NCBI GenBank assembly: GCA_964636965.1
Contig: CAZWST010000005.1
Span: 1-42,847, forward strand
From: an uncultured Muribaculaceae bacterium
GTDB taxonomy: Bacteria > Bacillota_I > Bacilli_A > RF39 > UBA660
Direction: 5' to 3'
Length of the DNA: 42,847 nucleotides
Below the pieces are notes generated by a model. That model had not been told where the DNA came from. It saw only the letters and a list, made by a program, of their open reading frames with translations, and did not search any database. The position numbers and the translations under genes were made by a program. Below, piece after piece: positions 1 to 9,250 of this stretch (the first letter of the stretch is position 1; each line of letters begins with the position of its first letter).

Positions 1-659
1 TAAAGAGTTATAATACAAATTTAGATTCACATATGATGAAAAATACTGAGTGGGGTGCAGCAGCATATCTTTCACATTCAGTATATGGAATAAATACAGA
101 GGTAAGAATAAATAATAATTCAAATTATTTAACAGGATATGCAGCAGTAGATGGAACAGATCAAAGTAGTTATCCAGGAACGTATGGAACAGATTCAACA
201 AAAACTCTTCCATATAATACAACAACTGGATATAAAGCAAGTACAACTGGAAATATAACTGGAATATATGATATGTCAGGTGGTGCTTGGGAATATATGG
301 CAGCATATATGGCAACAGGAAGTAGTGGATTCACGGCTTCTGAGTTGACAGCAAATGCTAAATACTTAGATGTATATCCAAGTAATAGTACAATAACTTC
401 ATTTAACAATAGGATCTTGGGAGATGCAACAGGGGAGATGGGGCCATTCTATTATTATAAAGACAAGGACAATAATCAACGCTGCCATAATAATTGGTAC
501 GCTGACGATTCGTACTTCGTGGGCTCTACTGACCCATGGTTCGGTCGAGGCGGCTACTACGATGCTGGCGTTCTTGCTGGCCAGTTCAACTTCTCTAGGG
601 GCACTGGTGCAGCCGGCAGCTACGGTACGGCTCGCCTTGTTCTTGCACCAACAAATTAA
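1..659 (+). CDS. C-terminal part of a C-type lectin/FGE-sulfatase-fold protein, probable DGR target; 5'-truncated by the window edge
   Basis: The frame is open from position 3 (KSYNTNLDSH-MMKNTEWGAAAYL), so the ATG at 33 is probably internal. Motifs EWGAAAYL, GIYDMSGGAWEY and a C-terminal PWFxRGG...G...RLVL are typical of CLec-fold DGR target domains. Confidence 0.8.
   Translation, partial: KSYNTNLDSHMMKNTEWGAAAYLSHSVYGINTEVRINNNSNYLTGYAAVDGTDQSSYPGTYGTDSTKTLPYNTTTGYKASTTGNITGIYDMSGGAWEYMAAYMATGSSGFTASELTANAKYLDVYPSNSTITSFNNRILGDATGEMGPFYYYKDKDNNQRCHNNWYADDSYFVGSTDPWFGRGGYYDAGVLAGQFNFSRGTGAAGSYGTARLVLAPTN
480..650 (+). other. Putative DGR variable region (VR)
   Basis: Hand count gives ~57% GC over 481-640 versus ~25% at 61-120 of the same ORF. 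Many NNC/NNT codons (GCT GAC GAT, TAC, GGC, ACT GAC, GGT, TAC TAC GAT GCT, GGC AGC TAC GGT) lie between fixed W/F/RGG/G codons. Confidence 0.7.
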
Positions 660-671
660 TTGTTGATTATT

Positions 672-702
672 AAAGCAAACTTAAATTATTAGTTTGCTTT
701 TT
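672..702 (+). terminator. Hairpin downstream of the putative VR gene (terminator and/or DGR homing hairpin)
   Basis: AAAGCAAACT-9 nt loop-AGTTTGCTTT, a perfect 10-bp inverted repeat ending in a T run. Confidence 0.65.
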
Positions 703-725
703 ATATACGTATACTTTAAAAAATA

Positions 726-754
726 TTGCATATTTTAAATATCTATATTATAAT
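726..754 (+). promoter_or_regulatory. SigA-type promoter of the ABC transporter operon
   Basis: TTGCAT-17 nt-TATAAT. Confidence 0.65.
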
Positions 755-770
755 GATTAAGACATTTTAC

Positions 771-821
771 AAAAGAGCTGAATACTCTTAACCCCGTGTG
801 GGAAGAGTATCCGGCTTTTTT
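771..821 (+). promoter_or_regulatory. Leader terminator-like hairpin (possible attenuator)
   Basis: AGCTG/CGGCT, ATACTCTT/AAGAGTAT and CCC/GGG stems followed by T6, located between the promoter and the RBS of the ABC ATPase. Confidence 0.55.
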
Positions 822-845
822 GCGTGGAAGGAAGGTGTTTTATAA

Positions 846-1826
846 ATGTCAATCATCGAGGTTAATAACATAAGTAAATCTTTCAAAGTCGTGAAGAAAG
901 AAAGTGGAGTTAAAGCTTCAATTAAATCATTCTTTAAAAGAGAATATAAAGTTATTGAAGCCGTTAATAACATATCTTTTTCCATTGATGAAGGAGAGAT
1001 TGTAGGTTACATCGGACCGAACGGAGCAGGTAAAAGTACCACGATAAAAATATTATCTGGAATACTTACTCCAAACGATGGGAAGTGTAGTATTAATGGA
1101 TTTACTCCATGGCTAGACAGAAAAAATTATGTTAAACAAATCGGCGTAGTCTTTGGGGCTCGCAGTCAATTGTGGTGGGATATCCCAGCAATTGATACAT
1201 TTAGTTTACTTAAGGATATTTATGACATAAGTGATGAAGATTATAATCGTGTTTTAAACGAACTAATTAAAGAACTTAATCTAAAAGATATCTTAAATGT
1301 ACCAGTAAGACAACTGAGTTTAGGACAAAGAATGCGTCTAGAGATTGCAGCATCACTTATTCACGAACCTAAAATACTTTTTCTAGATGAACCAACAATT
1401 GGTTTAGATGCAGTATCAAAGCAGTGTGTAAGAGAATTTATTAAAAGAATTAATAAAGAAAAACATGTTACGATAATCCTTACAACACATGATATGTCTG
1501 ATATAGAAGCATTAGCAAAAAGAATTATATTAATTGGGAAGGGTAGAATTCTTTATGATGGCTCTTTAAAAAAACTAAAGAATAAATATTCTAATAAAGT
1601 AAACATTGATGTAGTTACTAAGGATAAAATTAATATTAAGAAGAAAGGAATATTAGAGTCTTTAAAAACTATGGATGGATACCATTTCGTGATCAATAGT
1701 AAAGAATTAAATATTTCAGAATTTTTAAATATTATAAGTAAAAAGATAAGAATAGAAGATATAGAAATTGAAAGTGAGAATACTGATGATTTAATTGTAA
1801 AATTATATGAGGAATTCGGTATATGA
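846..1826 (+). CDS. ABC transporter ATP-binding protein (ABC-2/drug-efflux type)
   Basis: Walker A GPNGAGKST, signature LSLGQRMR, Walker B ILFLDEPTIGLD, H-loop TTHD. Confidence 0.95.
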   Translation: MSIIEVNNISKSFKVVKKESGVKASIKSFFKREYKVIEAVNNISFSIDEGEIVGYIGPNGAGKSTTIKILSGILTPNDGKCSINGFTPWLDRKNYVKQIGVVFGARSQLWWDIPAIDTFSLLKDIYDISDEDYNRVLNELIKELNLKDILNVPVRQLSLGQRMRLEIAASLIHEPKILFLDEPTIGLDAVSKQCVREFIKRINKEKHVTIILTTHDMSDIEALAKRIILIGKGRILYDGSLKKLKNKYSNKVNIDVVTKDKINIKKKGILESLKTMDGYHFVINSKELNISEFLNIISKKIRIEDIEIESENTDDLIVKLYEEFGI

Positions 1827-2623
1827 AAGCCTATATATCATATTTTAGATTAAAGTTTATCGCGTCATTACAATATCGTGTATCAGCATTAAGTAGCATA
1901 TTAACTCAATTCTTTTTTGGTCTAGTATATATACTTGTATTTATCGCATTTTTTAAAACAGATGCAGAAACTCCATTAACATTAAGTGAAACAATTACTT
2001 ATCTTTGGCTAAATCAATCATTCTTTGCACTAATTTATCAATTTTATCGTGATGAAGAAATACTTGATTTAGTAAGAAGTGGAAATATTTCATATGAGTT
2101 AACTCGACCAAAAGATTTATATTTTATGTGGTATTTTAAAATATTAGCATCACGTTTAGCTAATGTTACATTAAGATTTTTACCAATAATAGTGGTTGCA
2201 TTTTTATTACCTAATCCATACAAAATGCAATTACCATGTAGTATAGAAGGATTTTTCTTATTCTTATTAACATTAATATTAGGGGCATTTTTAAGTACTG
2301 CACTTGCAACATTAAATCCAGTAATTGTACTAAAAACATTAAATGAAAAAGGGGTTTCTAGTCTATTAATAGCTGTTGCTGATATCTTAAGTGGTCTAGC
2401 AATACCAATTCCATTTTTACCTGCAATAATAGGTAATATATCATCAATTTTACCTTTTCAATATGTTAGTGATTTACCATTTAGAATATATATAGGTAAT
2501 ATAAGTGGACCTGAAATATTAACTGGTATAATGATGCAAATTATCTGGACAATTTTAATCATTTTAATAAGCCATATACTACTAACTAATTCATTAAAAA
2601 GAGTAGTATCTCAGGGAGGTTAA
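1823..2623 (+). CDS. ABC-2 family permease (DUF990-like)
   Basis: Multiple TM helices; VRSGNISYELTRP motif; ATGA overlap with the ATPase gene. Confidence 0.85.
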   Translation: MKAYISYFRLKFIASLQYRVSALSSILTQFFFGLVYILVFIAFFKTDAETPLTLSETITYLWLNQSFFALIYQFYRDEEILDLVRSGNISYELTRPKDLYFMWYFKILASRLANVTLRFLPIIVVAFLLPNPYKMQLPCSIEGFFLFLLTLILGAFLSTALATLNPVIVLKTLNEKGVSSLLIAVADILSGLAIPIPFLPAIIGNISSILPFQYVSDLPFRIYIGNISGPEILTGIMMQIIWTILIILISHILLTNSLKRVVSQGG

Positions 2624-2624
2624 A

Positions 2625-3401
2625 ATGAAACTATATTTAAAATCTTTAAAGATGCACTTAATGAGTGAATTAGAATATAAATCATCTTTTATATTATCTT
2701 GTATTTCACAAACTATAACTTTATTTTCTTATATCTTAGTAATTATTTCTTTATTTGGAAGATTTTCCTCAATTGCTTCATTTAACATGTATGAAGTTCT
2801 TATAAGTTTTTCAATTATTCGTTTTGGTGTTAGTTTTAATGAAATATTTGCAAGAGGAATGGATAAATTTGATAATTTAATAGTAAAAGGAACTTTTGAT
2901 CAATTGTTATTAAGACCTAAAAATATAATCTTACAAGTACTTACAACAGATTCAAATTTTGTTAAGTTTCCCAAGTTAATCGAGATATTATTAATTTTAA
3001 TATTTGCAATTATAAAACTAAATATCAAATTAACATTCTTAAAAATACTTACTTTATTTCTTATGATATTATCATCAATTGTTATATTTTTTGGAATATT
3101 TTTACTAGCAGCATCTTATTGTTTTCTTACAATTCAAGGACTTGAAGTTAGAAATATATTTACTCATGGTGGAGCAGAAATGGCTCAGTACCCAATAAGT
3201 ATTTATAATAAACCATTCGTTTTTATATTTACGTTTTTAATTCCTTATGCATTTATCAATTATTATCCACTCCTATACTTTATAGGAAGATCAAATAATA
3301 TACTTTATGCGTTAAGTCCATTAATTGTCTTTATTTATTTAATTCCATGTTTTATAGCATTTAATATGGGTGTAAAAAAATATACTAGTACAGGGTGCTA
3401 G
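2625..3401 (+). CDS. ABC-2 family permease (DUF990-like), second subunit
   Basis: TM helices; GTFDQLLLRP and QYPISIY motifs; ends YTSTGC, like the usual Y.S.G. terminus of this family. Confidence 0.85.
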   Translation: MKLYLKSLKMHLMSELEYKSSFILSCISQTITLFSYILVIISLFGRFSSIASFNMYEVLISFSIIRFGVSFNEIFARGMDKFDNLIVKGTFDQLLLRPKNIILQVLTTDSNFVKFPKLIEILLILIFAIIKLNIKLTFLKILTLFLMILSSIVIFFGIFLLAASYCFLTIQGLEVRNIFTHGGAEMAQYPISIYNKPFVFIFTFLIPYAFINYYPLLYFIGRSNNILYALSPLIVFIYLIPCFIAFNMGVKKYTSTGC

Positions 3402-3406
3402 TAAGT

Positions 3407-3501
3407 AATCAAACATTTTTCTCAAGTATCGTTAATTTTTACTAGACAAAGTATAGTTAACCATATATAATAACACTTATAAATTGGGGAAATGTTTGAT
3501 T
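3407..3501. repeat. Inverted repeat enclosing a promoter
   Basis: AATCAAACATTT (3407-3418) and AAATGTTTGATT (3490-3501) form a perfect 12-bp IR, extendable to ~18 bp with G-U pairs, followed by a T run. Confidence 0.75.
3443..3471 (+). promoter_or_regulatory. SigA-type promoter of the 3549-9161 operon
   Basis: TAGACA-17 nt-TATAAT. Confidence 0.65.
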
Positions 3502-3548
3502 TTTTTTATGAAAATCACCTGATTATAGAGAAAGAAGGAAAAGAATAA

Positions 3549-4838
3549 ATGGAAACAAAAGTAATTGATGGTGTAGTTTATCAAGCTGTAGGTCAAGCTT
3601 CTACACCACTTGAAAAAGTAGAAGGAGAAATAGTTGAAGGTCCAAAAGAAACTCCTGTAGTTGTAACTGAATCAACACAAATTAAACTTTCAAATGGTCA
3701 AAATTTTAAAGTTGAAGATGTTAATATTAATGATCCTAGATCAGTTATTACTTATGGAAGTAATATTCAACAACAAATTAGTTCAATCTTAGAAAGTACT
3801 GCTCAAATGACAGTTCAACAACAAAAAACATTCTTAAGTGATGAAACATTAGATAAGATTGTATCTTTTGAAGATTCACTTGATGAAGCTAATGCTAAAG
3901 CTCAAGAAAAAGTTGGTATTTTAAAAGGTTTAATTAACAAAATAAGAATTGGTTTACATGATGAAGAAGCAACAAAAGAAGACGCTATGAAGACATACCA
4001 AGGAAGATACAAAGACTATACAGATAACCTTAAATTAGTAAGTGATAACATGGCTGCTATAGCTCAAGATGCTTTAATTGATATTAATCAAAGATCAGAA
4101 TTAGCTAAAGAGCTTACTCCAGTAATTGAAATGTTAGATTTTACAATAGCTAAAGGTAAAGATAGACTTGAAGAATACAATACTGAAACAGCATCAATTG
4201 GTGAAACTGATAAAACTCCAGATGGACAAGCAATTGTTACACGTCGTACACAATTATCTAATGCATTCTTAAGACAATTAAATGGTTTAGATAAAGCATT
4301 AACTTTATATAAATCACAAATACAACAATACTTACTTCAACAAGATTTATCTATGACTACTGTTCAAGTGGCATATGACTTTGTTGATAAACAAAAACCT
4401 GTATTACAATTTAATGCTAGTGTATCAATTTATAATCGTTTAGAAAACGAAAGATTAAGTGGTATTTTAGATGTTTCGAATGCTGCCAATAGAGCAATTG
4501 AAGAAGGTGCTCAAGGAACTGTTGAAAACTTAAGACTTGCAAATGAAGTTGCTGAACAAAGTGGATTTACACTTGAGTCTATTGAAATTGTTATGAGCGC
4601 TTTAGAGGAAGGTGTTAGTTTAATAAAAGAAAGAAAACAAGCACTTATTGAAAGAGATCACAATGAACAAGTTGCTTTAAAAGATATTAAAGAAAGATTA
4701 GACAAACAAAAAGATGAAATTTTAGGTTTAATCGAAGATGAATCAGTTGCTTTCATAGATACAAGTAGCAACAGAGGAAAATCAGGCCGTTCAAGATATT
4801 TAACAACAAATAATTCAAGAACTGGTAGAAGAAAATAA
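3549..4838 (+). CDS. TelA/KlaA-like (toxic anion resistance family) helical protein
   Basis: INDPRSVITYGSNIQQQISSIL resembles the TelA N-terminal 'D...i..yG...Q..is' segment. All-helical coiled-coil composition and a size (~430 aa) that fits the family. Confidence 0.55.
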   Translation: METKVIDGVVYQAVGQASTPLEKVEGEIVEGPKETPVVVTESTQIKLSNGQNFKVEDVNINDPRSVITYGSNIQQQISSILESTAQMTVQQQKTFLSDETLDKIVSFEDSLDEANAKAQEKVGILKGLINKIRIGLHDEEATKEDAMKTYQGRYKDYTDNLKLVSDNMAAIAQDALIDINQRSELAKELTPVIEMLDFTIAKGKDRLEEYNTETASIGETDKTPDGQAIVTRRTQLSNAFLRQLNGLDKALTLYKSQIQQYLLQQDLSMTTVQVAYDFVDKQKPVLQFNASVSIYNRLENERLSGILDVSNAANRAIEEGAQGTVENLRLANEVAEQSGFTLESIEIVMSALEEGVSLIKERKQALIERDHNEQVALKDIKERLDKQKDEILGLIEDESVAFIDTSSNRGKSGRSRYLTTNNSRTGRRK

Positions 4839-6088
4839 TGAATGCAATAGAAGTAAAGATATCGCAAATTAAAAATCTTAATTTGGTTTACTTGTATAAT
4901 GTTGATAATGTAGTTTCTAAAAATAATAAGAAATACTTGGGATTAAAAGTAGTTTATGATGATAATCAAAACTATATAAGCCTAGATTATAAAGAAAAAG
5001 AATTTGCAAGTTTAGTAAAAAAGACAATAAGTCTTTATAATCAAGAAAAGGATAATAGAGATATTATCCTTTTAGGCAATTTATCAAAGAAAATGTTTGA
5101 AGATAAAGAATTGATTTCTGCTCTTGAACGTACAAGCGAATTTAGTAACGAAGGAATAGGGTTATTTAATACTTCAAATGAGAAAATAAAAAAGTTTAAA
5201 CCATACTTAAGTGAAGCCTTAAAATATATTTTAGAATATAAAAGAAAAATGGATGGCATTGAAATTGATGATATTAAAGGTTTTAATAAAAAATATATCG
5301 TGACTTATAAAGTAGGAGATAATCCCTTATCTTTTCCAATTATTATAAATGTTATTAATGATAATGAAGCTACCTTTAAAATTGGAGCTATTGAAGGAAA
5401 AGATGTTGGTATTGAAGGTACTATTATAAATAAAATCGATGAAGTATTAGTATCTTTTAAAGGGATAGAAGATCCTTTCTATGGCTTAATTTCCTATAAT
5501 GTTAAGACTTCTGAAGTTCAAAAACAAATAGATATAGGTAGGGATACTTTATATCATTCAACAGAATTAGATACAGTAACTGATGAAGACATTAATTTAG
5601 TTAGATTTTATTTAGCATTATTTAATATAAACTTCAGTGGAGAAATAATAAAAACAAGTGCTTCTAACTTTATTTTAGGTAATAAAGTTAGAGTAGCTAA
5701 AGATAGTGAAGCTGAAGTAATAAATGATACAGCTATTCAATTATTCATAGAAGATGAAAGTGTAACAATTAATTATCGTATATCTAGTGTAATAAATAAA
5801 TTAGCACACTTAGTAACTATTCCACTAGATCAAGAAAATTACACTATTACAATGAAACTTAAACGTTTAAATCAAAAAAATTATATTATATGTGAACTTA
5901 AATCTTCTAATGAATTTGGACAAAAGTATGACTATGTTGCATTTAAAATAGATGATATAGATTTACATCATCCATTTGATGCATCAATTAAATATGATTT
6001 TGATGGTATAAAGTCTATTTATGATTTAGAAAAGAGATTAATCTTAAAAGAAACAATTATATCAGACGAAAATGGAGGCAATGATTAA
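4838..6088 (+). CDS. Hypothetical protein (416 aa, beta-rich)
   Basis: Long ORF, translationally coupled to both neighbours by TAATG overlaps; no recognisable motif. Confidence 0.8.
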   Translation: MNAIEVKISQIKNLNLVYLYNVDNVVSKNNKKYLGLKVVYDDNQNYISLDYKEKEFASLVKKTISLYNQEKDNRDIILLGNLSKKMFEDKELISALERTSEFSNEGIGLFNTSNEKIKKFKPYLSEALKYILEYKRKMDGIEIDDIKGFNKKYIVTYKVGDNPLSFPIIINVINDNEATFKIGAIEGKDVGIEGTIINKIDEVLVSFKGIEDPFYGLISYNVKTSEVQKQIDIGRDTLYHSTELDTVTDEDINLVRFYLALFNINFSGEIIKTSASNFILGNKVRVAKDSEAEVINDTAIQLFIEDESVTINYRISSVINKLAHLVTIPLDQENYTITMKLKRLNQKNYIICELKSSNEFGQKYDYVAFKIDDIDLHHPFDASIKYDFDGIKSIYDLEKRLILKETIISDENGGND

Positions 6089-8277
6089 TGGGAATGTTTA
6101 AAAAAACAAAAGGTTCAGAATTAAAACTAAATATATTTATAGAAAAGTTAAACATTACAACTTCTTTAGATGAATTACAAAATTTAATAAACAGATTTGG
6201 TGATGAAGATTTATTTTATAAATATGTTGAAGAGGTGTTATTTAATAATCGAGCTTCTTTAAATGAACTTATTAAAGTTAGTTCAATGTTAAGAAGTGAT
6301 GAAGACTTTTTAGCTTTAACAAAATTAGTGGCTATATACCCACAATTATTAAATACAAATATTATTACAAATGCTATTTATTCTTTCTCTGATAAAAAAT
6401 TGGTTATTGAAGTATTAACATATATTATTAATCTCTATAGAAATAATGAAACTGGAAAAGTTGAAATAGAAAATATTAGTACACTAGAAAGAGTAGTAGG
6501 ATATTTAGTTTCTGCAAGAAAACATTATGTAGATGATCGTTCTTTATTTGCATCCTTTATTTCTTTAGTTAATGATTTAGATATAAACTCTTTAAGATAT
6601 GCAAGTATTGAAGAAATTGATAAAGTTATTGCATCCCACATAAAGGAAGATAAAAGATCAAATGGAGACTATGACATTAGCCATGAAGAACTTGAATATT
6701 TTAGACAAGTCGTAGAAGAATTAGGTGTAAAATCGGAACAATTAAAAACTTTAATCAGTTTATCTGATAAAAACATTCATGATACAAAAGAGGCTTATAC
6801 AACTTTAAAACAAGATGTTACTGAATATGCCAAAAGAGAGTTAGGTAAACTTGAAAGTCAATCAACAACAGTTTTAAGCGAATTTAATCAGAAATACCAA
6901 GAATTACTTAATGCCGAAAAAAACGGAATATTAGAAGACAAGGATATGCTTCTTCGTTCATTAGAAGCTTATTTAGGAGAGAAAAGAGCTGAATTAGTAT
7001 CATTTGCTAATAAAATTAAAATGTCTTGTGATAATGATTTATCTAACTTAAGAAAAGAGCAAAGAGGAATACTTGAAAGTATTGATTCTTATATTGAAAA
7101 CAGTCAATCTTTACAAACTTTAATCGCGTCAACTACAAGTGATGAAGCTTTCCTTGAACGTATTAAAAATATTGAAGGAATAGCTGATGAAGTTGCTAAA
7201 AAATTACAAGATGTTAAGATTATGACTCAATCTAGTGCTCAAGTTGGAACTCCTCAGTCAGCTTCCGAAAACTCTAATATAGTAGTTCCAGCAAAACAAA
7301 TAATTGTTGCAAATCCAAGCATTCAAATTGAATCTCCAACTGATTTTACTCCTGTATATTTCTTCGACCAAAGTACATCTTATAAAAAAAGATTTGATAA
7401 GTTAATGGAAATAAAGAAAAAACTTAAGGATGAAGGAGAAATATTCCATGAATGTTTTGATGATGTATTAACAATTCTTATTCATAATGATGTTCCATAT
7501 ATTTATGGTCCATCAGGAACAGGTAAGACTCATATGGTTGAAAATCAAATTTCCAAAATATTAGGTATTGATGTTATAACTAGTGGATATATTCAAATTG
7601 AACAAGATATTTTAGGTTATAACAATGCTGGTGATGGTGGATATGTTCCAAGTAACTTCTATCGAGCTTTCGTTTTAGGAAATATTATTTTCTTTGATGA
7701 GCTTGATATATCTAACCCTGAAGCAGTTCCAGTATTAAATGGATTCTTTACTGGTAAGAAAAGAAATACTTATACATTCCCAAATGGAGTACCAGTTAGA
7801 AGACATCCAAATTTCCGTATTGTAACAGCTGGAAATACAAAGGGTGAAGGTCGTACTACTGAATATTCATCAAGACATAAAATGGATGAATCAGTTCTTC
7901 AAAGAATCTGGGCAGTTGAATGTAATTATCAGTCAGATATTGAAGAAATTATTTTAAAAGATCATGAAATTTGGTATGAATTTTCTCAAAGCTTCCGTAA
8001 AGCAATTGAAGATATTAAACTATCTAATGAATCTGGTGTTAACTCATTTGGTACATTTACAACAAGAGATGCTGCTGACGTAGTTGAATATCTAGAAGAT
8101 GAAGCATTCAATTATAAGAAGATAATAAAATATAAGTTTGTTCAAACAAAAGATGCTGATTATTTAGCATTAATCTATTCGAACATGTTAAAAGACTCTG
8201 AAAATTATCAACATAAGGATACAAAGAAATTATTAAAAGAATTTGAATATCAAATGAAAGCAAGAAAGAACGCATGA
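6088..8277 (+). CDS. N-terminal helical/coiled-coil protein with C-terminal MoxR/CobS/dynein-related AAA+ ATPase domain
   Basis: Walker A YIYGPSGTGKT, Walker B IIFFDELD, HPNFRIVTAGNT (sensor 1), MDESVLQR (Arg finger) and TTR sensor-2-like motif. Confidence 0.85.
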   Translation: MGMFKKTKGSELKLNIFIEKLNITTSLDELQNLINRFGDEDLFYKYVEEVLFNNRASLNELIKVSSMLRSDEDFLALTKLVAIYPQLLNTNIITNAIYSFSDKKLVIEVLTYIINLYRNNETGKVEIENISTLERVVGYLVSARKHYVDDRSLFASFISLVNDLDINSLRYASIEEIDKVIASHIKEDKRSNGDYDISHEELEYFRQVVEELGVKSEQLKTLISLSDKNIHDTKEAYTTLKQDVTEYAKRELGKLESQSTTVLSEFNQKYQELLNAEKNGILEDKDMLLRSLEAYLGEKRAELVSFANKIKMSCDNDLSNLRKEQRGILESIDSYIENSQSLQTLIASTTSDEAFLERIKNIEGIADEVAKKLQDVKIMTQSSAQVGTPQSASENSNIVVPAKQIIVANPSIQIESPTDFTPVYFFDQSTSYKKRFDKLMEIKKKLKDEGEIFHECFDDVLTILIHNDVPYIYGPSGTGKTHMVENQISKILGIDVITSGYIQIEQDILGYNNAGDGGYVPSNFYRAFVLGNIIFFDELDISNPEAVPVLNGFFTGKKRNTYTFPNGVPVRRHPNFRIVTAGNTKGEGRTTEYSSRHKMDESVLQRIWAVECNYQSDIEEIILKDHEIWYEFSQSFRKAIEDIKLSNESGVNSFGTFTTRDAADVVEYLEDEAFNYKKIIKYKFVQTKDADYLALIYSNMLKDSENYQHKDTKKLLKEFEYQMKARKNA

Positions 8278-9161
8278 AAAAGTCTATTACAAATCAACAA
8301 GGAAAAACCGTTTATAATTTAAAATTCTTTGGTGTAAAAGACTTATATGATTATCTTAAATCCAATCCGGAAGTTAATACACGAATATTTTCTGAGCAAG
8401 CAAGCTTAAGAGAAGATAGAAACTTTAGTGGAGAACCATTAGACGTTTCTATTGAATATTTATTGAATGGCTATGTTAAAGACTTTGAAAACTTTTTGCA
8501 AGCTAATAAAAAATTGCAAAATGGTTTAACAGAATATATTGAAACATATAAAATGGAAAGAAGCATGTTTGTTGGAGCTCCAATCGCTCCTTTAGTTGCA
8601 GCTAATGTTCCAAAGTGTCGATTAGCTATGAAACCAGTTCATGAATTAGAGGTTAGAAATATTTATTATAATTTATCTTACCCTCATAAGGCCCAAACAG
8701 ATCAAATAAGGAATCGAGGTTTAATTACATTATTTATAATCCAAGCTCTTGAAGCAAGAGGTGTCATGGTTAACTTTAAAGCTTTTGAATTATCTAAATG
8801 TGGAAATGAAATCTTCCATCTTAGTCTTGATTTAAAAAAACAGGGAGAAGAAGTATTAAATATTCAAAAATGTTATTTTATTATGGTAGCAAAAGAATTT
8901 TTAAGAAGAATACTTTTTAGAGTTTTAGAATCATCTGATGTAACTGATCTTGAATGGGGAGATGGTTATGGAGAATCCTTTAATAAATTAGAATGTAAGG
9001 AATTTTTAAATGCTAAAGACCATGATATTATTATAACGAGACCTCGTGAATTAAATATTATGGGCGAAGATTTATACGAGGATACTTTAAATATGATAAA
9101 TGCACTTAACCTTGAAGATGATTTTGATGTTAAGAAACTAAGAAAACTATGTGGTAGATAA
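8274..9161 (+). CDS. Degenerate vWA-like partner of the AAA+ ATPase
   Basis: The beta-alpha-beta segment RNIYYNLSYP...IRNRG...IIQALEARGVMVNF, plus LKK, FLRR.LFR and GYG motifs, resembles CobT-like vWA proteins found next to CobS-like ATPases. The MIDAS DxSxS appears as NLSYP. ATGA overlap with the ATPase. Confidence 0.55.
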   Translation: MKKSITNQQGKTVYNLKFFGVKDLYDYLKSNPEVNTRIFSEQASLREDRNFSGEPLDVSIEYLLNGYVKDFENFLQANKKLQNGLTEYIETYKMERSMFVGAPIAPLVAANVPKCRLAMKPVHELEVRNIYYNLSYPHKAQTDQIRNRGLITLFIIQALEARGVMVNFKAFELSKCGNEIFHLSLDLKKQGEEVLNIQKCYFIMVAKEFLRRILFRVLESSDVTDLEWGDGYGESFNKLECKEFLNAKDHDIIITRPRELNIMGEDLYEDTLNMINALNLEDDFDVKKLRKLCGR

Positions 9162-9250
9162 GCCATATAGTTTTTTTAACTTTTAATTGTTTTTACTTTC
9201 TTAATTATAAAAAATGTATTACAATATAAGTAGACTAAAGAGGTGTAGCT

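Noticed and set aside
33-35. ATG at 33 as the true start of the first gene
   Set aside because: The frame is open to the window edge, there is no RBS, and SHMMKNTEWG looks like an internal motif.
170-985. Short alternative-frame ORFs (170..409, 424..666, 788..985)
   Set aside because: They overlap better-supported genes. The 424..666 ORF is explained by the scarcity of stop codons in the GC-rich VR-like segment.
6088-9161. Cobaltochelatase CobS/CobT annotation
   Set aside because: Only the generic AAA and vWA folds match. There is no cobN or other cobalamin gene, the ATPase has a long extra N-terminus, and the MIDAS motif is degenerate.
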